Assembly: GCA_025558095.1 (NCBI GenBank)
Contig: JAIVFI010000009.1
Coordinates: forward strand, 785,465 to 849,464
Direction of reading: 5' to 3'
DNA length: 64,000 bases
DNA from: Hyaloraphidium curvatum SAG 235-1
Taxonomy: Eukaryota; Fungi; Monoblepharomycota
The position numbers and the translations under genes are program-made. Positions within the stretch are counted from its first letter, which is position 1. Every line of letters starts with the position of its first letter. The notes beneath the pieces were generated by a model that was given only the letters and a program-made list of their open reading frames with translations, did not search any database and had not been told where the DNA came from. Positions 45,701 through 57,432 of the stretch are shown here, piece by piece.

Positions 45701-46922
45701 GGAGCAGCGACTCCGTCCTCCTCGTCCCAGGAGCGCTTGGCGGCCGCCAGCACGTCCAGTAGCGAGCTGCGCACCCGCGAGGCGAAGGCCGGGTCCTCGA
45801 GGACGAAGGTGGGGGAGATGCCAGCGACGGGGGGGACGGGGCAGGTGATGGCGGGGACGGCGGCGACGAGGGGGGAGGGGGAGAGACGGCCGAGGGCGTC
45901 GGCGGTGAGGGTGAAGAAGGGGGAGGAGAGGGGGTTGCTCGCCGAGACGACGGCGAGAGTTTCGTTCGGCCTGCGGGGGAAGGGGGGTTAGTGGAGGGCC
46001 ACGGGGAGACGCCGGGCATGGCGCACGGGAGGAAGACGGAGAAGCTGAAGGAGCCGTCGGCGAGAGTGGTGTTGGCGCCAATAAGGTCCGGGTCCCTGGC
46101 CGCACGCGTCGTCAACCCGGGCAACGCGACCATCCTGCGCAGCTGTATCGCGACGTTGGCAAGGGGCGGCTCGCCGGCCTCGAACCTGTAGTTGGCGTTG
46201 GTGTCGTTGAAGATGCGGCCGGCGACGAGCTGAAGCTGCTGCCGCACTGTGGCGGTGCTGGTGGTGCGGCGGGTGGCGGTGACGGTCCTCGTGCGGGTAA
46301 CGTAGGCGGTGAGGGCGCGGTTCGTGACAGTGACGGTCGGGCGGGCTGGGCAGCAGTAGCGCAGCGGGCCGGAGGGCGGGGCCGGCGTGCCCCGCGTGAC
46401 GTTGGCAGCTGCGGGGCACGGCGGGCACACATTGCGGCGTTCCAGCTCGTGGTGGCGAAGCGGTGTGCTGTCGAAGCTGCCCTTGGGCGCGTCGACCGAT
46501 CCGAAGTCGACGTCCCCTAAGGTCGAGTCCCCGGCCAGCGAATCGCGCGCCCCGAGCCTCTGGCCCACGGCGACCGTCGTCGTCACCGTTGCCACAACGA
46601 CAATCCGGGTCGTCGTGCGCGTGCGCAGCCGCGTCGACGTGCGGCCGGCCGCGGTGCGCGTGACGGGGACGAGGCCGCGCCGCCCGCAGCAACACGTCGC
46701 GGGGGCATAGTTGCAGCCGGGGCAGCTGTAGCGGGGTCAGCAAAAGCCAGCGGGGACGGCGGCGAAGGCTTGAGCCCACCAGAAGGGAGCGGGGGCCCAG
46801 CGAGGTGCGGTGTTTGGGGCGGCCGAGCCCGCGGGGGCGGGGTCCTGCGCGGAGGAGGAGGAAACGCACGCCGCGAGCACCAGAAGCACAAAGGCGCCCG
46901 CGAAAGCAGCCGTGTGCCTCAT
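42776..46922 (-). CDS. Large secreted multi-exon protein: Thr-rich modules, SdrD-B-like domain, C-terminal Cys-rich repeats
   Basis: Signal peptide; GRIFNDTNANYRFEAGEPPLANVAIQL...TTLADGSFSF; LCYPRCRSGFDGIGPVCWERC-type repeats. Could be two genes. Confidence 0.65.
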
Positions 46923-47409
46923 TGCTCTTCCCCGGAATGATGGTCCCCCGTCAGCGGCCGACTGCGGGAGGTCAGCACCGCCCTGCGCATCGTCCCTTCC
47001 TCTAGCCGCCCGCTGCCGCCCGGTGATCCCCCATCGCAAGGCGGTTGGTGGCCAAGGCCTAGGGCCGAGCCTCAACGCGGTCAAAGTGGGCATCGATCTT
47101 CCTTTCCGATCCGGCTTGTCCCGCAGACCGGCGTAGCAAGACGTACCGTGGGGCGCGCACGGCGCAACGGCACGCTCTAGCCGCCCGCCGTCCGTCCCTC
47201 ACAGCCCCATCCCTCAGCGGCGAATGCAAACCAGCCGCAGCATCCCGTTTCAGGCGACGGGGGCGGAAGATGAGGGGGCAGCAGGCCGTGCGCACCGTCC
47301 CCCTGGCTCCTAACATGTCCACACGAAGCAGACTGAGGAGCAGGGTTATGCAGTGGTGAGGCATTTGGACGTCTCCACGATTGGCGCAGGCTTGTGCTTC
47401 AAGGATCTG

Positions 47410-48660
47410 GTGGGCACGTCCGGGGACGTCTTCGCGCCAGCCTGAGTCCTGCGTCTTCCTCCGTGGCCTCTTGGACCCCGTCCAATCTGGTTCGACAATG
47501 CTGCAGCCCATCGTCCCATGTTGGCTGCAACGGTGAGGGTGGCGCGGGATCTCACTCCTCGCACGGGAACATCCGAGGACGTCCCCGCGTCCCCCCGGTC
47601 CCCGCGCATTCCCGCCGCGTCCTCGACCCGGTCCGAAATCGGGCAGGCGTTGAGGCAGGAGAAGGTGCATCCCAATACGTAGTCGTCCACGTCGGCTCAC
47701 CGTCCGCGGAAAAGTTCGTACATTCGGGCGGCGCGGGTCGTTCATGATGTCGGAGGGGGCATCGCATCCAGGGATGCCTCCCAGTTTCTACCGTCCCGCG
47801 CCTCTCGGTTCAAGTCCTTGTCGGGGTCCAGAAGCATACCGAACATGTACTTGGGTTTCGAGACGGAGGCGTCCGCAGATGCCTCCAGCGAAGTCCGCGT
47901 CCGCGCCGGGGCCTCCGCACCGATGACCTAATCCCCGACGCCACATCGTGTCCAGCTACTCAAAACGTGCCCAGCGTCCGCGTCAGCAGCCGTTCGGAAC
48001 GACCCCGCTTGCTTCGGGCGGCGCGGGAGGGTAGTGTTCAGGGCGGGGGCATCCAGCGACGCCTCCGTTTCTCCCACCGTCCCGCGCTCTCCGGTACAGT
48101 GCCCCGAAAAAGACCGGCGCGGAATGCGCGTCCTCATCCGCGTACTGCTGTCGTGCCGGCGCGAAGTCTTCCGCTAGGTCGCGGAGGAATCATAAGATGC
48201 CTCCGTGTTCCGAGGCGCTCCGCGTCCGCGCCGGCCTGCCGGTCCGCGAAGCCGCCGCATGGACTCCCGGTCCGGCCCCAGCAAGCATGACCTGCGTTCT
48301 CATGTCGACCGGCCTGGTGTGCTGGCTGGGCGGCGCGCGACGGAGTCGCGGCGAACCATCGTGGGGGGCTGAGCTTCGTCCGAAAACCTGTCCAGGCCAC
48401 AGGCGCCACCGGCACGAACCTGGTGGTTCTACGGAGGAGTCCGAGGATGCCTCCGGGGCTCCGTTGCTAGTCCGCGCCGGCCTGCCCGAGTTCGAAAGCC
48501 TCCCCGTCCGCCGTCCCGCGCCGCCCCGTCCGCGTCCGCGTCCATGTCACTGAGGCTCGTCGCGAGGACACCATCCGGTCTTTGTGGAAGTGTCCGAAGG
48601 CGCCTCCAGCGCAAACTGCGTCCGCGTCGGCCCACCGGACCGATGCGTCACCGCGGAAGC
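47410..48660 (+). repeat. Nested-palindrome hairpin array 3 (~9 copies)
   Basis: Copies at 47541-47607, 47730-47802, ~47864-47909, 48020-48087, 48155-48235, 48409-48480 and ~48554-48632. Confidence 0.85.
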
Positions 48661-49071
48661 CCCCCCGTCCCCGGGCTCCCCGGCATCGTCGAGGCCCCCG
48701 GCGCGCTCGCCACGACCCGTCCGGAAGCCCGCATTCCCAGCGAGGTCCTCACAGCTGCTGCGGGCGGCACACGGGGCACCCGCCGCCCGCGCAACGGGGA
48801 GGCGTGGCCGTCCGCCGCCGGGCCGTGCGCACCGCCCTTGCGCGGCGCACGCGGCCCCGGGTCGGAGCGGGACGGCCCCGGGAGGCCAGGGCGGGGCGCA
48901 GGCGGACTTCGGTGTGTTGGGGCTTGCGGCGCGGTGGGTCGCGCGCGGGGAGACGACCCATCGCGTCCCCCGATCCCGCCCGACTCGCTCGGAAAATCGG
49001 AAACGGGCGTTCGAATTAAAGCACCAGCACGCGCACATCCACCATGCCCTGATCCGCCCCTCCTTTCCCTG

Positions 49072-50604
49072 CTACCACCACCTCCCCCTCCTGCTGCTCG
49101 CGGTCGCCGACGCCGCCTTTGCCCCGGTCCTCGTCGCCCCCGGCTTCCCCGTGAAGAAGGTGAACACCACCCTCGATCCCGTCATTTTCGCGGGGTCGTA
49201 CGGGATCGTCGGCGGCGCGTCGATGTAGTCCGGCACCCAGGAGGTCGAGAACCGCGTGGTCGTGGTCGTCGTCGGCTCCAAGGAGGTGGTGGCGAGGGTG
49301 GTGGTTTCGAGTGGGGATGGGGTGAGCAGTTCGATGTCGCCAACCCAGCCCGTGGGTTCGGGGTATTCGGTCGTCGTGAAGGTGGTCGTCCTCTTTGCGG
49401 ATTTGGTGCGCTTCGGGGTGGTGGATGCCGTGCGGACGGTGGTGGTGGGCGTGCCGAGCAGCACGAGCCCGTTGCCTTGGGCGGAAGCGGCGGGAGGGTT
49501 CAAAACGCGGGGAAGGAGGATGCCGAGGGCGATCCCGACCGCGACGACCAGGACCGCGAAGGCGACCCCCATCCCGATCTTGGCCGGCAGCGAATAGAGG
49601 CAGAAGCAGCAGCACCCCTCCCCGCAGCACTTTCCGCAGTCCTTGGGCTTGCGGCGGTGCGCTACGGCGTCCCATTCCGGGTAGTCGCCCGACGGCGGGG
49701 GGAGGAGGGACTGCCGCGGGTCGTCCCGCCCCGAGGAGGCGGCGGAGCGGGTGGAGGAGTACGAGGAGGTGTAGGGCGCGCCCGAGCCGGCGGAGAGGGT
49801 GCCCGGCGGGGCGAGGGACATGGCGGTGCCGGCGCGGACGACGGCGAGGTTGGCGGTCGCCGCGCGGGGGAGGGTGGCGGTGCCTGCGCGCGCGACGGAG
49901 GGGAGGGTTGAGCCGTAGGGGAGGGTCGACGAGAAGGGGGGGGAGGTGCCCGTGGGGATGGTGCTGCCGAAGGGGAGGGTGCTCCCGAAGGGGAGGGTGG
50001 AGCCGAAGGGCAGGGTCGAGGCGAGGGGCGGGGAGCCGGCCATCGCCGCGGGGAGGGTTGTGCCGTACGGCAGCGTGGAGCCGTGCCCGATGCTGGCCAT
50101 GGCGCCCCGCCCCTGAGCGGGGACCGCCACCGGCCGCGCGGCGTGTGCCCAGGCGGCGGCGGGCTCGAGCGGCACGGCGACCGAGTCCCACAGCCCCGAC
50201 GCCTCGGCGTCGCCGGCCTCCCGCCGCAGCAGGGCGTCGAGCAGGGCGGCCCGCTCGGCGCGCGTCATCGTGGCCAGCATCGCGGGGGCGTCGACGGTGC
50301 CGGGCGCGACGGGCGCGCGGCCGCGGGGCGTCTGCAGCGTGGCGAACCCCGCGGGCGGGTCGAGCGGGGCGTTGCGCGGCCACGTCGCCGTGGGGTCCCC
50401 GCCGCGGCTGGCCGCCCGCGAGGCGCTGCCGGTGTTTGGCCGCGGCGGGCTGCCCTCGCCGGCCGTTCCGGGCTTCGCCTCGCTCTTCCGCCGGCCGCGG
50501 CTGCCCGACCGCGCAGAGTGCGGCAGCGACCCGCCCGCAGAGGAGCCGCCGCCCGACGACGCCGCGCCGGGCAGAGGGCCGGTGGGGAGCGGCTGGTAGG
50601 ACAT
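49072..50604 (-). CDS. Single-pass membrane protein with STLP(F/Y)G repeats, juxtamembrane Cys cluster and Thr-rich tail
   Basis: CGKCCGEGCCCFC precedes TM IGMGVAFAVLVVAVGIALGILL; 18-bp coding repeats at ~49900-50080. Confidence 0.7.
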   Translation of the reverse strand: MSYQPLPTGPLPGAASSGGGSSAGGSLPHSARSGSRGRRKSEAKPGTAGEGSPPRPNTGSASRAASRGGDPTATWPRNAPLDPPAGFATLQTPRGRAPVAPGTVDAPAMLATMTRAERAALLDALLRREAGDAEASGLWDSVAVPLEPAAAWAHAARPVAVPAQGRGAMASIGHGSTLPYGTTLPAAMAGSPPLASTLPFGSTLPFGSTLPFGSTIPTGTSPPFSSTLPYGSTLPSVARAGTATLPRAATANLAVVRAGTAMSLAPPGTLSAGSGAPYTSSYSSTRSAASSGRDDPRQSLLPPPSGDYPEWDAVAHRRKPKDCGKCCGEGCCCFCLYSLPAKIGMGVAFAVLVVAVGIALGILLPRVLNPPAASAQGNGLVLLGTPTTTVRTASTTPKRTKSAKRTTTFTTTEYPEPTGWVGDIELLTPSPLETTTLATTSLEPTTTTTTRFSTSWVPDYIDAPPTIPYDPAKMTGSRVVFTFFTGKPGATRTGAKAASATASSRRGRWW

Positions 50605-51197
50605 CGTTCGGGGGAGCTGAGGGGAGCGGGCAAGGGACGCTCGCGGTGCGGGAGCGCCGGAGGTCCCTACGGCAAACAAACGGACGCGCGGCCGAGTGCC
50701 TACTTGCGGGGGCAGGCGGGGCCAAACTGGTGCTCACCGAGCTCTCAATTGACCTATCTAGCTGATTCGCCTGAGATTCGGGTGATCCGCGGCCTGGCGG
50801 GGGGCGGAGAGGCGGGTCCCTCCCACGCCAATTCTAGGGACCGCCGGCCACAGCCCCCCCTTATCCCACCGGGTCCGCGCTTTCGGCCGGCGAATGAAAG
50901 GCCGCGGCATCGCTGAATCAAAGAAAATGAAGGTGGAATCTGACGCGAACCCCCCAGCTTGTGACTCGCCTGCGGAGCCGTGCGCGGCGATTGATTGGGG
51001 GCGCGAGGAGCTTCCCGGGGCGGGGAGCCCTGATGGGGCAACGCGCCAGCGTATCACATTCGGCTCGGATACCGCGCACGGGGAGAGAAAGTCGCGGCCG
51101 TTCGACGAATTGGAGCTGGAGACGCACTGCCGCATGGAGAAAGGCACACTGCATGTCCTTGTTTGACCACTATGAATGCAGCATCGCATGCTTCCTA

Positions 51198-53264
51198 TCA
51201 GCACGACGCGACCTCAAACTTCACCTGACTGGTGTACCCCATGTCCGACGTGACCTTCATCCTCTTCCGCTTCACCTTGCCGTAGAAGAAATACTTCCCG
51301 GGCGCAAGCTTGGTGCCCGCCGGGATCCGGAGCGAGATGTGCTGCGCGCCACGGTTGGCCTTCTGCGCTTCGGCGAGCCAGTTGCACGCCGGGACCTTGA
51401 GGACCTCGACGGGCTTGACCTTGGAGAAGTAGTTGTTGCGGCCGGCGTCGGGCGACAGGCGGAACGAGATCCAGGCGTTCCTGCGCCCCGATCGCGGATC
51501 AGCGGCCGCCGGTCCCCGCGGTGACGTTCACGACCCACTGGTCGGAGATCTTCCCCCGCTCGCACTGCGACTCCATGAACGACGACATCGACACCTTGAT
51601 CTTGACCTCGCCCCCGCACCGGTACCCGCCGATCGCGCTCTGCGCGTCCTGGCGCGGCTCCTGCTGCCCGTCCCACACCTTGAGCCCGCCCAGGTACGCG
51701 TCCGACTCGAGCAGCACGTTGTCCATCGCCGCCGCGTCGATGCCGTCCTGGTTGAGCCGGGCGATCATGTTGAGGGCCCGCTGCTCCGCCGCCGTCCCCT
51801 GCACGTCTAGCTCCGGGATGCCCGCGCCCTGCATGTACTCGCTCTCGAACACGGTCTTGAGGAGCGCCTTGGCGTTCTGAGGCCGCAGCGTCTGATCTTG
51901 GCTCGCGAGCAGGTTCGCCAGCGCGAAGATGGCGGCGTGCCGCTGCGGGTTGCCCTGGACGAGTTCGGGGAAGCGGAGCTCGAACCGGAGGCCCTGTTCG
52001 GATGCCGCGGTGAAGGGGGTGCTCGGCAGAGGGGTGTTGGCGGTCGCTTGTCTCTGAGCCGTGGGCAAGCCGTTGTCAGAGCGAGGCAAGGAGGCACGCG
52101 GACGCAAAGAAGACCGACCGCGGTGCGATGCTCCTGGGCGGGGGCAAGGATGTTGAACTTCCCCTCTGGCCGCTGCACCTTGGGGTGGCCGACAAAGTAC
52201 ATTTGCCCTGTGGTGCGAGGCGAGACGTGTGAATCGAAAGCGCCGGAAAAGAGGCAATGTACAGACATAGCGTGACTCCCAGAGCATAGACATCGGACCC
52301 AAAGCCCAACATCCTGAAATTGGCTCCACGTTCTTGTTTGCCGGCCCGCGTTCCCAGGAACCTGGGAATAAAGCCGTCCGTCCCTCCAAGTATGCCACCA
52401 GCATTGACGATTTGTTCGACCTCGGTCCTGGGCTTGGTTTCCCCGAAGTCGATGATGCGTGGGTTGCCGTCCGAGCAGATCATGACGTTGGCGGGTTTGC
52501 TGGGTAGAGGAGGGGCCGGGGCGTCAGCATAGGCCTCACAGCGAGCCGGAGGGGAGTTCCAACATGTCGCCGTGCACGTAGCCCTTGCCGTGCATGTAAG
52601 CAAGGCCGATCACGAATTTGGCAAACAGCAAGGTGATCTGCGCATCCGACGGCGCCGCGTCGTCGTTGGGGTCGCGCGCCGCGAGCTTTTCGAAGTCGCC
52701 TCCCTGGCACTTGTTGAGGAGCATGACGAGGAGCTTCTGGTCTCGAATGAACCATGAAGGATCATCCTTCGGCAGGGGCATCACGTAGATGCCCCAGAGC
52801 TTCATGATGAACGGGCCCCCCTGCAGCGCTTCCAAGATCTGGACCTCCTTCCGTGCCGCGTCCAGGTCGTCCGCATTGAGGATGTCCTTCTTCATCGCCA
52901 CCGGATCCCCTCCATTTGGAGAGCTCCGGACCGACGCCAGACTGCCGGGTGACCAGTTCCCGACGCGCTTGGCCGCGAGCCGGCGCGGGTTCTGGTCCTC
53001 GAGGTTCTTGAGGACGACCTCCTCCACGATGCCGTAGCCGCCCCTGCCAAGCAAGCCGATGACCGTGAACGACTCGGCTGTTGGCGCCTCGCCCGTGTAG
53101 TCCGCCAGCGTGCGCGTCTTCACGTTTGCGGTGCGCAGGTCGGCCAGCGCCCACGGGTCGCGCGCCTCGGCGGCCGCGCGCTGCCGCGTCTCGGCGGCGC
53201 GGCCGCCGCCAGCGAGCGCTAGGACGAGCAGCCACAGTGCCGGGCCCGCGGCGGAGAGCCGCAT
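51198..53264 (-). CDS. Signal-peptide-bearing protein kinase with C-terminal beta-rich domain
   Basis: MRLSAAGPALWLLVLALAGGGRA; LGRGGYGIV, AAKR, HGD/intron/KPANVM, IIDFG, SDVYALG; last exon ends KFEVASC*. Confidence 0.8.
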
Positions 53265-53393
53265 CTCGTTCGCCGGGCCGGGGAGAAGGGTCGTGGGCTG
53301 CTGGACCCGACGAGGACCCGCGGCCAGACCAGCCCCCAAAACTAAAAGCCGAGCCCTCGCGGTCCCTCACAGGAAATCTGCACTGCGCGTCAT

Positions 53394-53933
53394 CATGGAC
53401 GCGTCCGATGCGGACGGCAGTGCCGCGGTGCGATTTTCCGCGCCGTCGGCGAGGGGAGCGGAGGCGTTGGGTCCAGCCAGGCCCCTCGCAGAGCTCGCGG
53501 ATCTCCTAGACGAGGTGAATCGCGGCCATCGCGTCTTCAAAGCCATGATTGATCATCGAATGTTTTGTTTCGCAGCTTTTTGCTGCAGATGCTTTCCTTC
53601 CTGCCGTTCTCCGCGCGCCGCAGAGTGCGACGCGTCTGCCGCCGCTTCGCCAGCGTCGCCGCCGATCCCTCCCTGTGGGCTTTTCTGGGCCTTGAGATTG
53701 AAAACGAAAAGGCGGCTCGCAGTGCGGCGACGGCGGTCGGGTACGCCGCTGCGGGGATCCGCGGGTGCACTCCGCGTGTCGCCGACGTGCGCTGCCACCA
53801 CGGCAGAGACCCGCCGATCGAGGCGGCCGCTCTGCGCTCGTCGACCCTCGTTCAATTGTCGGTGGCGGACCACCGCTTGGACCGAAGGCGCGGCGGCGGC
53901 TTCCTGCTTGGCGCGTTCTGGGGCTGGGGCTAA
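53394..53933 (+). pseudogene. Truncated F-box gene
   Basis: LLQMLSFLPFSARRRVRRVCRRFASVAADPSLW; short, with no C-terminal repeats. Confidence 0.5.
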
Positions 53934-54256
53934 ACGGCGGCGAGCTCCAGCCCGGCCTTGCGGTTCGGCGCGACGTGCCCCGTCCTGATCCCCGCGCGCA
54001 GGCATGCGTTCGCCGTGCGCGGGTGCTCCACCCCGCTCGCCCTCAGTATCGCGTCGACGTCGACGCGGCCGGCGCAGGGAACCTTTTTCGCGCGATGCCG
54101 TTTGTGCAGCTCGGGGTGGAGGATGCGCTCGACGATAGCGGGTTTGGAGCCGCCCACCGGGAGGTGGAGGGAGGCGCAGAGGGCGCGGAGGTCCGAGGCG
54201 GGTTTGAGGAGGAGGGATGCGCGGGTGTCGGGGGGCGTGGGGGTTCCGGCGGCCAT
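53930..54256 (-). CDS. Small SAP-domain protein
   Basis: ASDLRALCASLHLPVGGSKPAIVERI. Confidence 0.6.
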   Translation of the reverse strand: MAAGTPTPPDTRASLLLKPASDLRALCASLHLPVGGSKPAIVERILHPELHKRHRAKKVPCAGRVDVDAILRASGVEHPRTANACLRAGIRTGHVAPNRKAGLELAAV

Positions 54257-54633
54257 TGGCTGATGTGCGAGTAGAGGTGGAAGAGGTCATGCCCCAACTG
54301 CACGTGATATAGATGATTGGATGAATTCCGAGCTCGATGCGATGGCACACGCGGTGATGCTGGCTGGCCCACTGCCGCCGACTGCGGAGCCCTTCCGTCC
54401 TAAGGCTCCTAAGGGCAATCCATGCTCCATCGCGCCATCCGGAGGTCGAAGTAGCCTGAAAGAGACGCGTAGATTCGAACAAAAAGGCAAGTAGGGTCCG
54501 CGAGTTTGGTTGGCCCGTCCGCCCCTCTCCTGCCCATCGCCCAAGTCGCGCGGCGAGTCACGTGACCGTCGGCATTGCGCGTCCGGGGTCCGTCCTCCGC
54601 GCCTCCCGGCCTCCCCTCAGGGAAGTCGCCGCG

Positions 54634-57388
54634 ATGTCGTACCCGTACTACACGCAGCCGCCCCCGGGCTCGTACTACCCGGCGCCGCCGCAGCGCCCGC
54701 CGCCGCCGCGCCGCCCGGCTACGGCTACCCGCCGCAGCAGCAGGCCTACAGCACCGCGTACAACGCGGCGTACAGCTACCGCCCGCCGCAGACCGTGCCG
54801 CCGCCGATGCCGGCAAGGCCTCCTCCCCCGCCGCCCGCCGCCCGCCCGCCGCCGCCGCCCGTCGCGGTGCCGCGGCTGTCGTTCCTCGACCAGAACAGGG
54901 CGCAGAGCTACACAAACGGCTGGCTAAGGATGGGGCCGCAGGGCGGCAGGCTGTCTCGTAAGCATCGCCGGAGGGAGGGGGCGGGCGGAGGAGGGGAGGG
55001 GACGCGTTGATGGGCGGGAGGCCTCCCCGCCCCTCCCCGGCAGCACACGCCCCTTGAAACGCGGTTCGCATGTCAGCGGCCCCGTGCGACGTCGCGGTGC
55101 CCTTGGGTGCGAACGACAGCGACGGCCGCCTCTTTTCCTGGCGCCCGATCATGGCGCGTGGGCTAGATCCGCGGCCGACATTCCACGGAGGGGCGGCGCG
55201 GCTCCCCCCACATCTGCACGCGCTCTCGCTCGCTGCCTTTGCGCGCTCTAACATTCATTCTCCCCCACCCGCAGGCGACTCGGCCCGCTCCCTCCTCATG
55301 CCGTACCAGCTCCCCCCCTCGGCCCTCGACCAGGTCCTCCGCCTCGCCTCGGTCGTCCCATCCCCCAGCGGCGGTTACACCCTCCCCGAGTGCCTCCTGG
55401 CCATGTACATGTGCGACGACTACCGCCGCAACGGGCGGATCCTGAACCCCGTGCCGGAGGGGTGGGTGCGCGAGGTGCAGGCCGCCGCGGGGTACCACCC
55501 GCCCGCGAGGCCGGCGCCCGCCGCGCAGCCGCCGCCGCCCCCGAGGCCGGCGCCGGCGCCGATCACGGCGCCCAGCAGGCCGCCCCCTCCGACGTCGTCG
55601 TACCGCCCGCCTCCCCGCCCGTCGGGATCGACGGCGCCGCCGGCCCCGTCGACCGGCGGAAGCTCGCAGTACCGCCCCCCGCCCCCGCGGCAGCGCGCGG
55701 ACCCGCCCACGTGGGCCGTGCCGTCGAGCGAGAGGGCGAGACACGAGTCGATATTCAGGGCTTTTTCCAAGGATGGCGTGATCACGGGTGGGTGTGCCGG
55801 CGCTCGATGAAATTGGGTGGAGGGACTGATCGACGTCCGGGGTGGCAGGCGAGCAGGCCAAGGAGGTGTTTGGCCAGTTCGACGTGCCGATCGAGAAGCT
55901 CGCCGACATCTGGTGCGTCCCCCTCCCCCTCCCCAACCCTTCCTTCCTCCTGACGCAGCCCCGGCCCCCAGGGACCTCTGCAACGAATCCGCCCCCGGCT
56001 CCCTCAACGAGCGCGAATTCGTCGCCTGCATGCACCTCATCGACCTCTACCGCCGCGGGTACGCGCTGCCCAAGGGCCCCGGCGCCCCCGCGCAGCTGTG
56101 GGAGAGCATACCAAAGACCCCCAGCGCGGCGCCACAGGGGAGCAGGCCGGCGCCGGTGCTTCCCGGTGCGGCGGCGGGCGGAGGGGCGGCGAGGCCGCCG
56201 CCGCCGCAGGCGGGGAGCTCTGGAGGGAACAACTACCGCCCCCCTCCCCGCCCCTCCCCCGGCACCGCCTCCACATTGACCCCCACGACCGCCCCCCCGC
56301 CCCCCCGCCCCGTCCCCCCGCCGCCCTCCACCACCCCCGACATCTCCACCCTGGACGACGACGCCATCGCCACGCTACCCGGGGAGGACCCGATGACGGC
56401 CGCGCAGGTGCGCGCGCGGCAGGAGGACGAGGCGCGCAAGGGGCAGGATCGGATGGCCGTGTTCCGGGAGCAGAGAAGGAAGGCGAGGATCGCGGCGGGG
56501 TTGCCGCCAGAGGAGGAGGAGGAGGCCAAGCCGCCGCCGGTGCCGCCGCTTCCCGCCACCGGCGGGGCGTCGGCCAGCGGCGGTGGTGGTGCGGCCGCGA
56601 GCGGCGGCACCGCGCCGCCGGCGCCCGCGCCCAAGCCCGGCCCCCCGAAGCCGCCGCCCAAGCCGACTGACCCGCGGGCGGCGCGGGAGCAGCAGGAGAA
56701 GGAGGAGCGGGAGCGGGCTGCCAAGGAGGAGGCGGACCGCCAGGCGCGGGTGGAGAAGGAGGAGAAGGAGCGCGAGGAGGCGTTCCGGAAGCGGATGGAG
56801 GAGGAGCAGGCGAGCAAGCGGGCCGAGGAGGAGCGGCGCGCGAAGGAGGCGGAGGAGCGGAGGAAGAAGGACGAGGACGAGAGCAGGAGGAAGAGGGCGG
56901 AGGAGGCGGAGGCCCGGCGGAAGGAGGAGGAGGCGATCAGGAAGCGGGAGGAGGAGGAGAAGCGCAAGTGGGAGGGGGAGGAAAAGAAGAGGGCGCAGGA
57001 GAGGAAGGAGAACGAGGAGAGGGAGAAGAAGGAGAGGGCGGAGAGGGAGGCGGCGGAAGGTGGGGCGATCGAGCTGCCGTTTGCCGTTTTGGGGGCTAAC
57101 GACATCGGTTCTGTGTTCGACCCACAGAGGCGGAGCGCAAGCGGCAGTTCGAGGAGAACCGCAAGAAGCTCGCAGCGGGGCTGGCGACGACGGGCATGGG
57201 CGGATCCGTGCCTTCGCCCGCCGTGGCGGAACCGACCGCGGCGGCAGGCGGCGGCGTCGAGATGGCTGGCGATGGTTGGTATCCTGGCCCTTTGGTTCTC
57301 TCGCCGAGCTCATCTCCCGGGGCAACGCAGAAGCGGAGCGGAAGAAGCGCATGGAGGAGAACAAGAAGCGGCTCGAGGCCTCGCTCTT

Positions 57389-57432
<44 letters not shown>

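Noticed and set aside
47807-47830. GGTTCAAGTCC B-box/tRNA T-loop-like motif ending in CCA
   Set aside because: No cloverleaf or A-box, and not conserved in homologous monomers.
37330-48660. Hairpin arrays as CRISPR or a true integron
   Set aside because: Repeats are too degenerate, spacing is irregular, and there are no cas or integrase genes, cassette ORFs or RYYYAAC/GTTRRRY cores; the host is eukaryotic.
37330-48660. Hairpin arrays as hammerhead retrozymes or decayed protein repeats
   Set aside because: No recurring CTGANGA/GAAA core was seen; spacer lengths (11-19 nt) break frame, and conservation follows base pairing.
50894-51166. Short protein-like ORFs here and at 34580-35086
   Set aside because: No recognisable domain or splice context.
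54700-54715. Frameshift in exon 1 of the EH/SH3 gene
   Set aside because: Single indel in a CCG run of an otherwise intact gene; most likely a consensus error.
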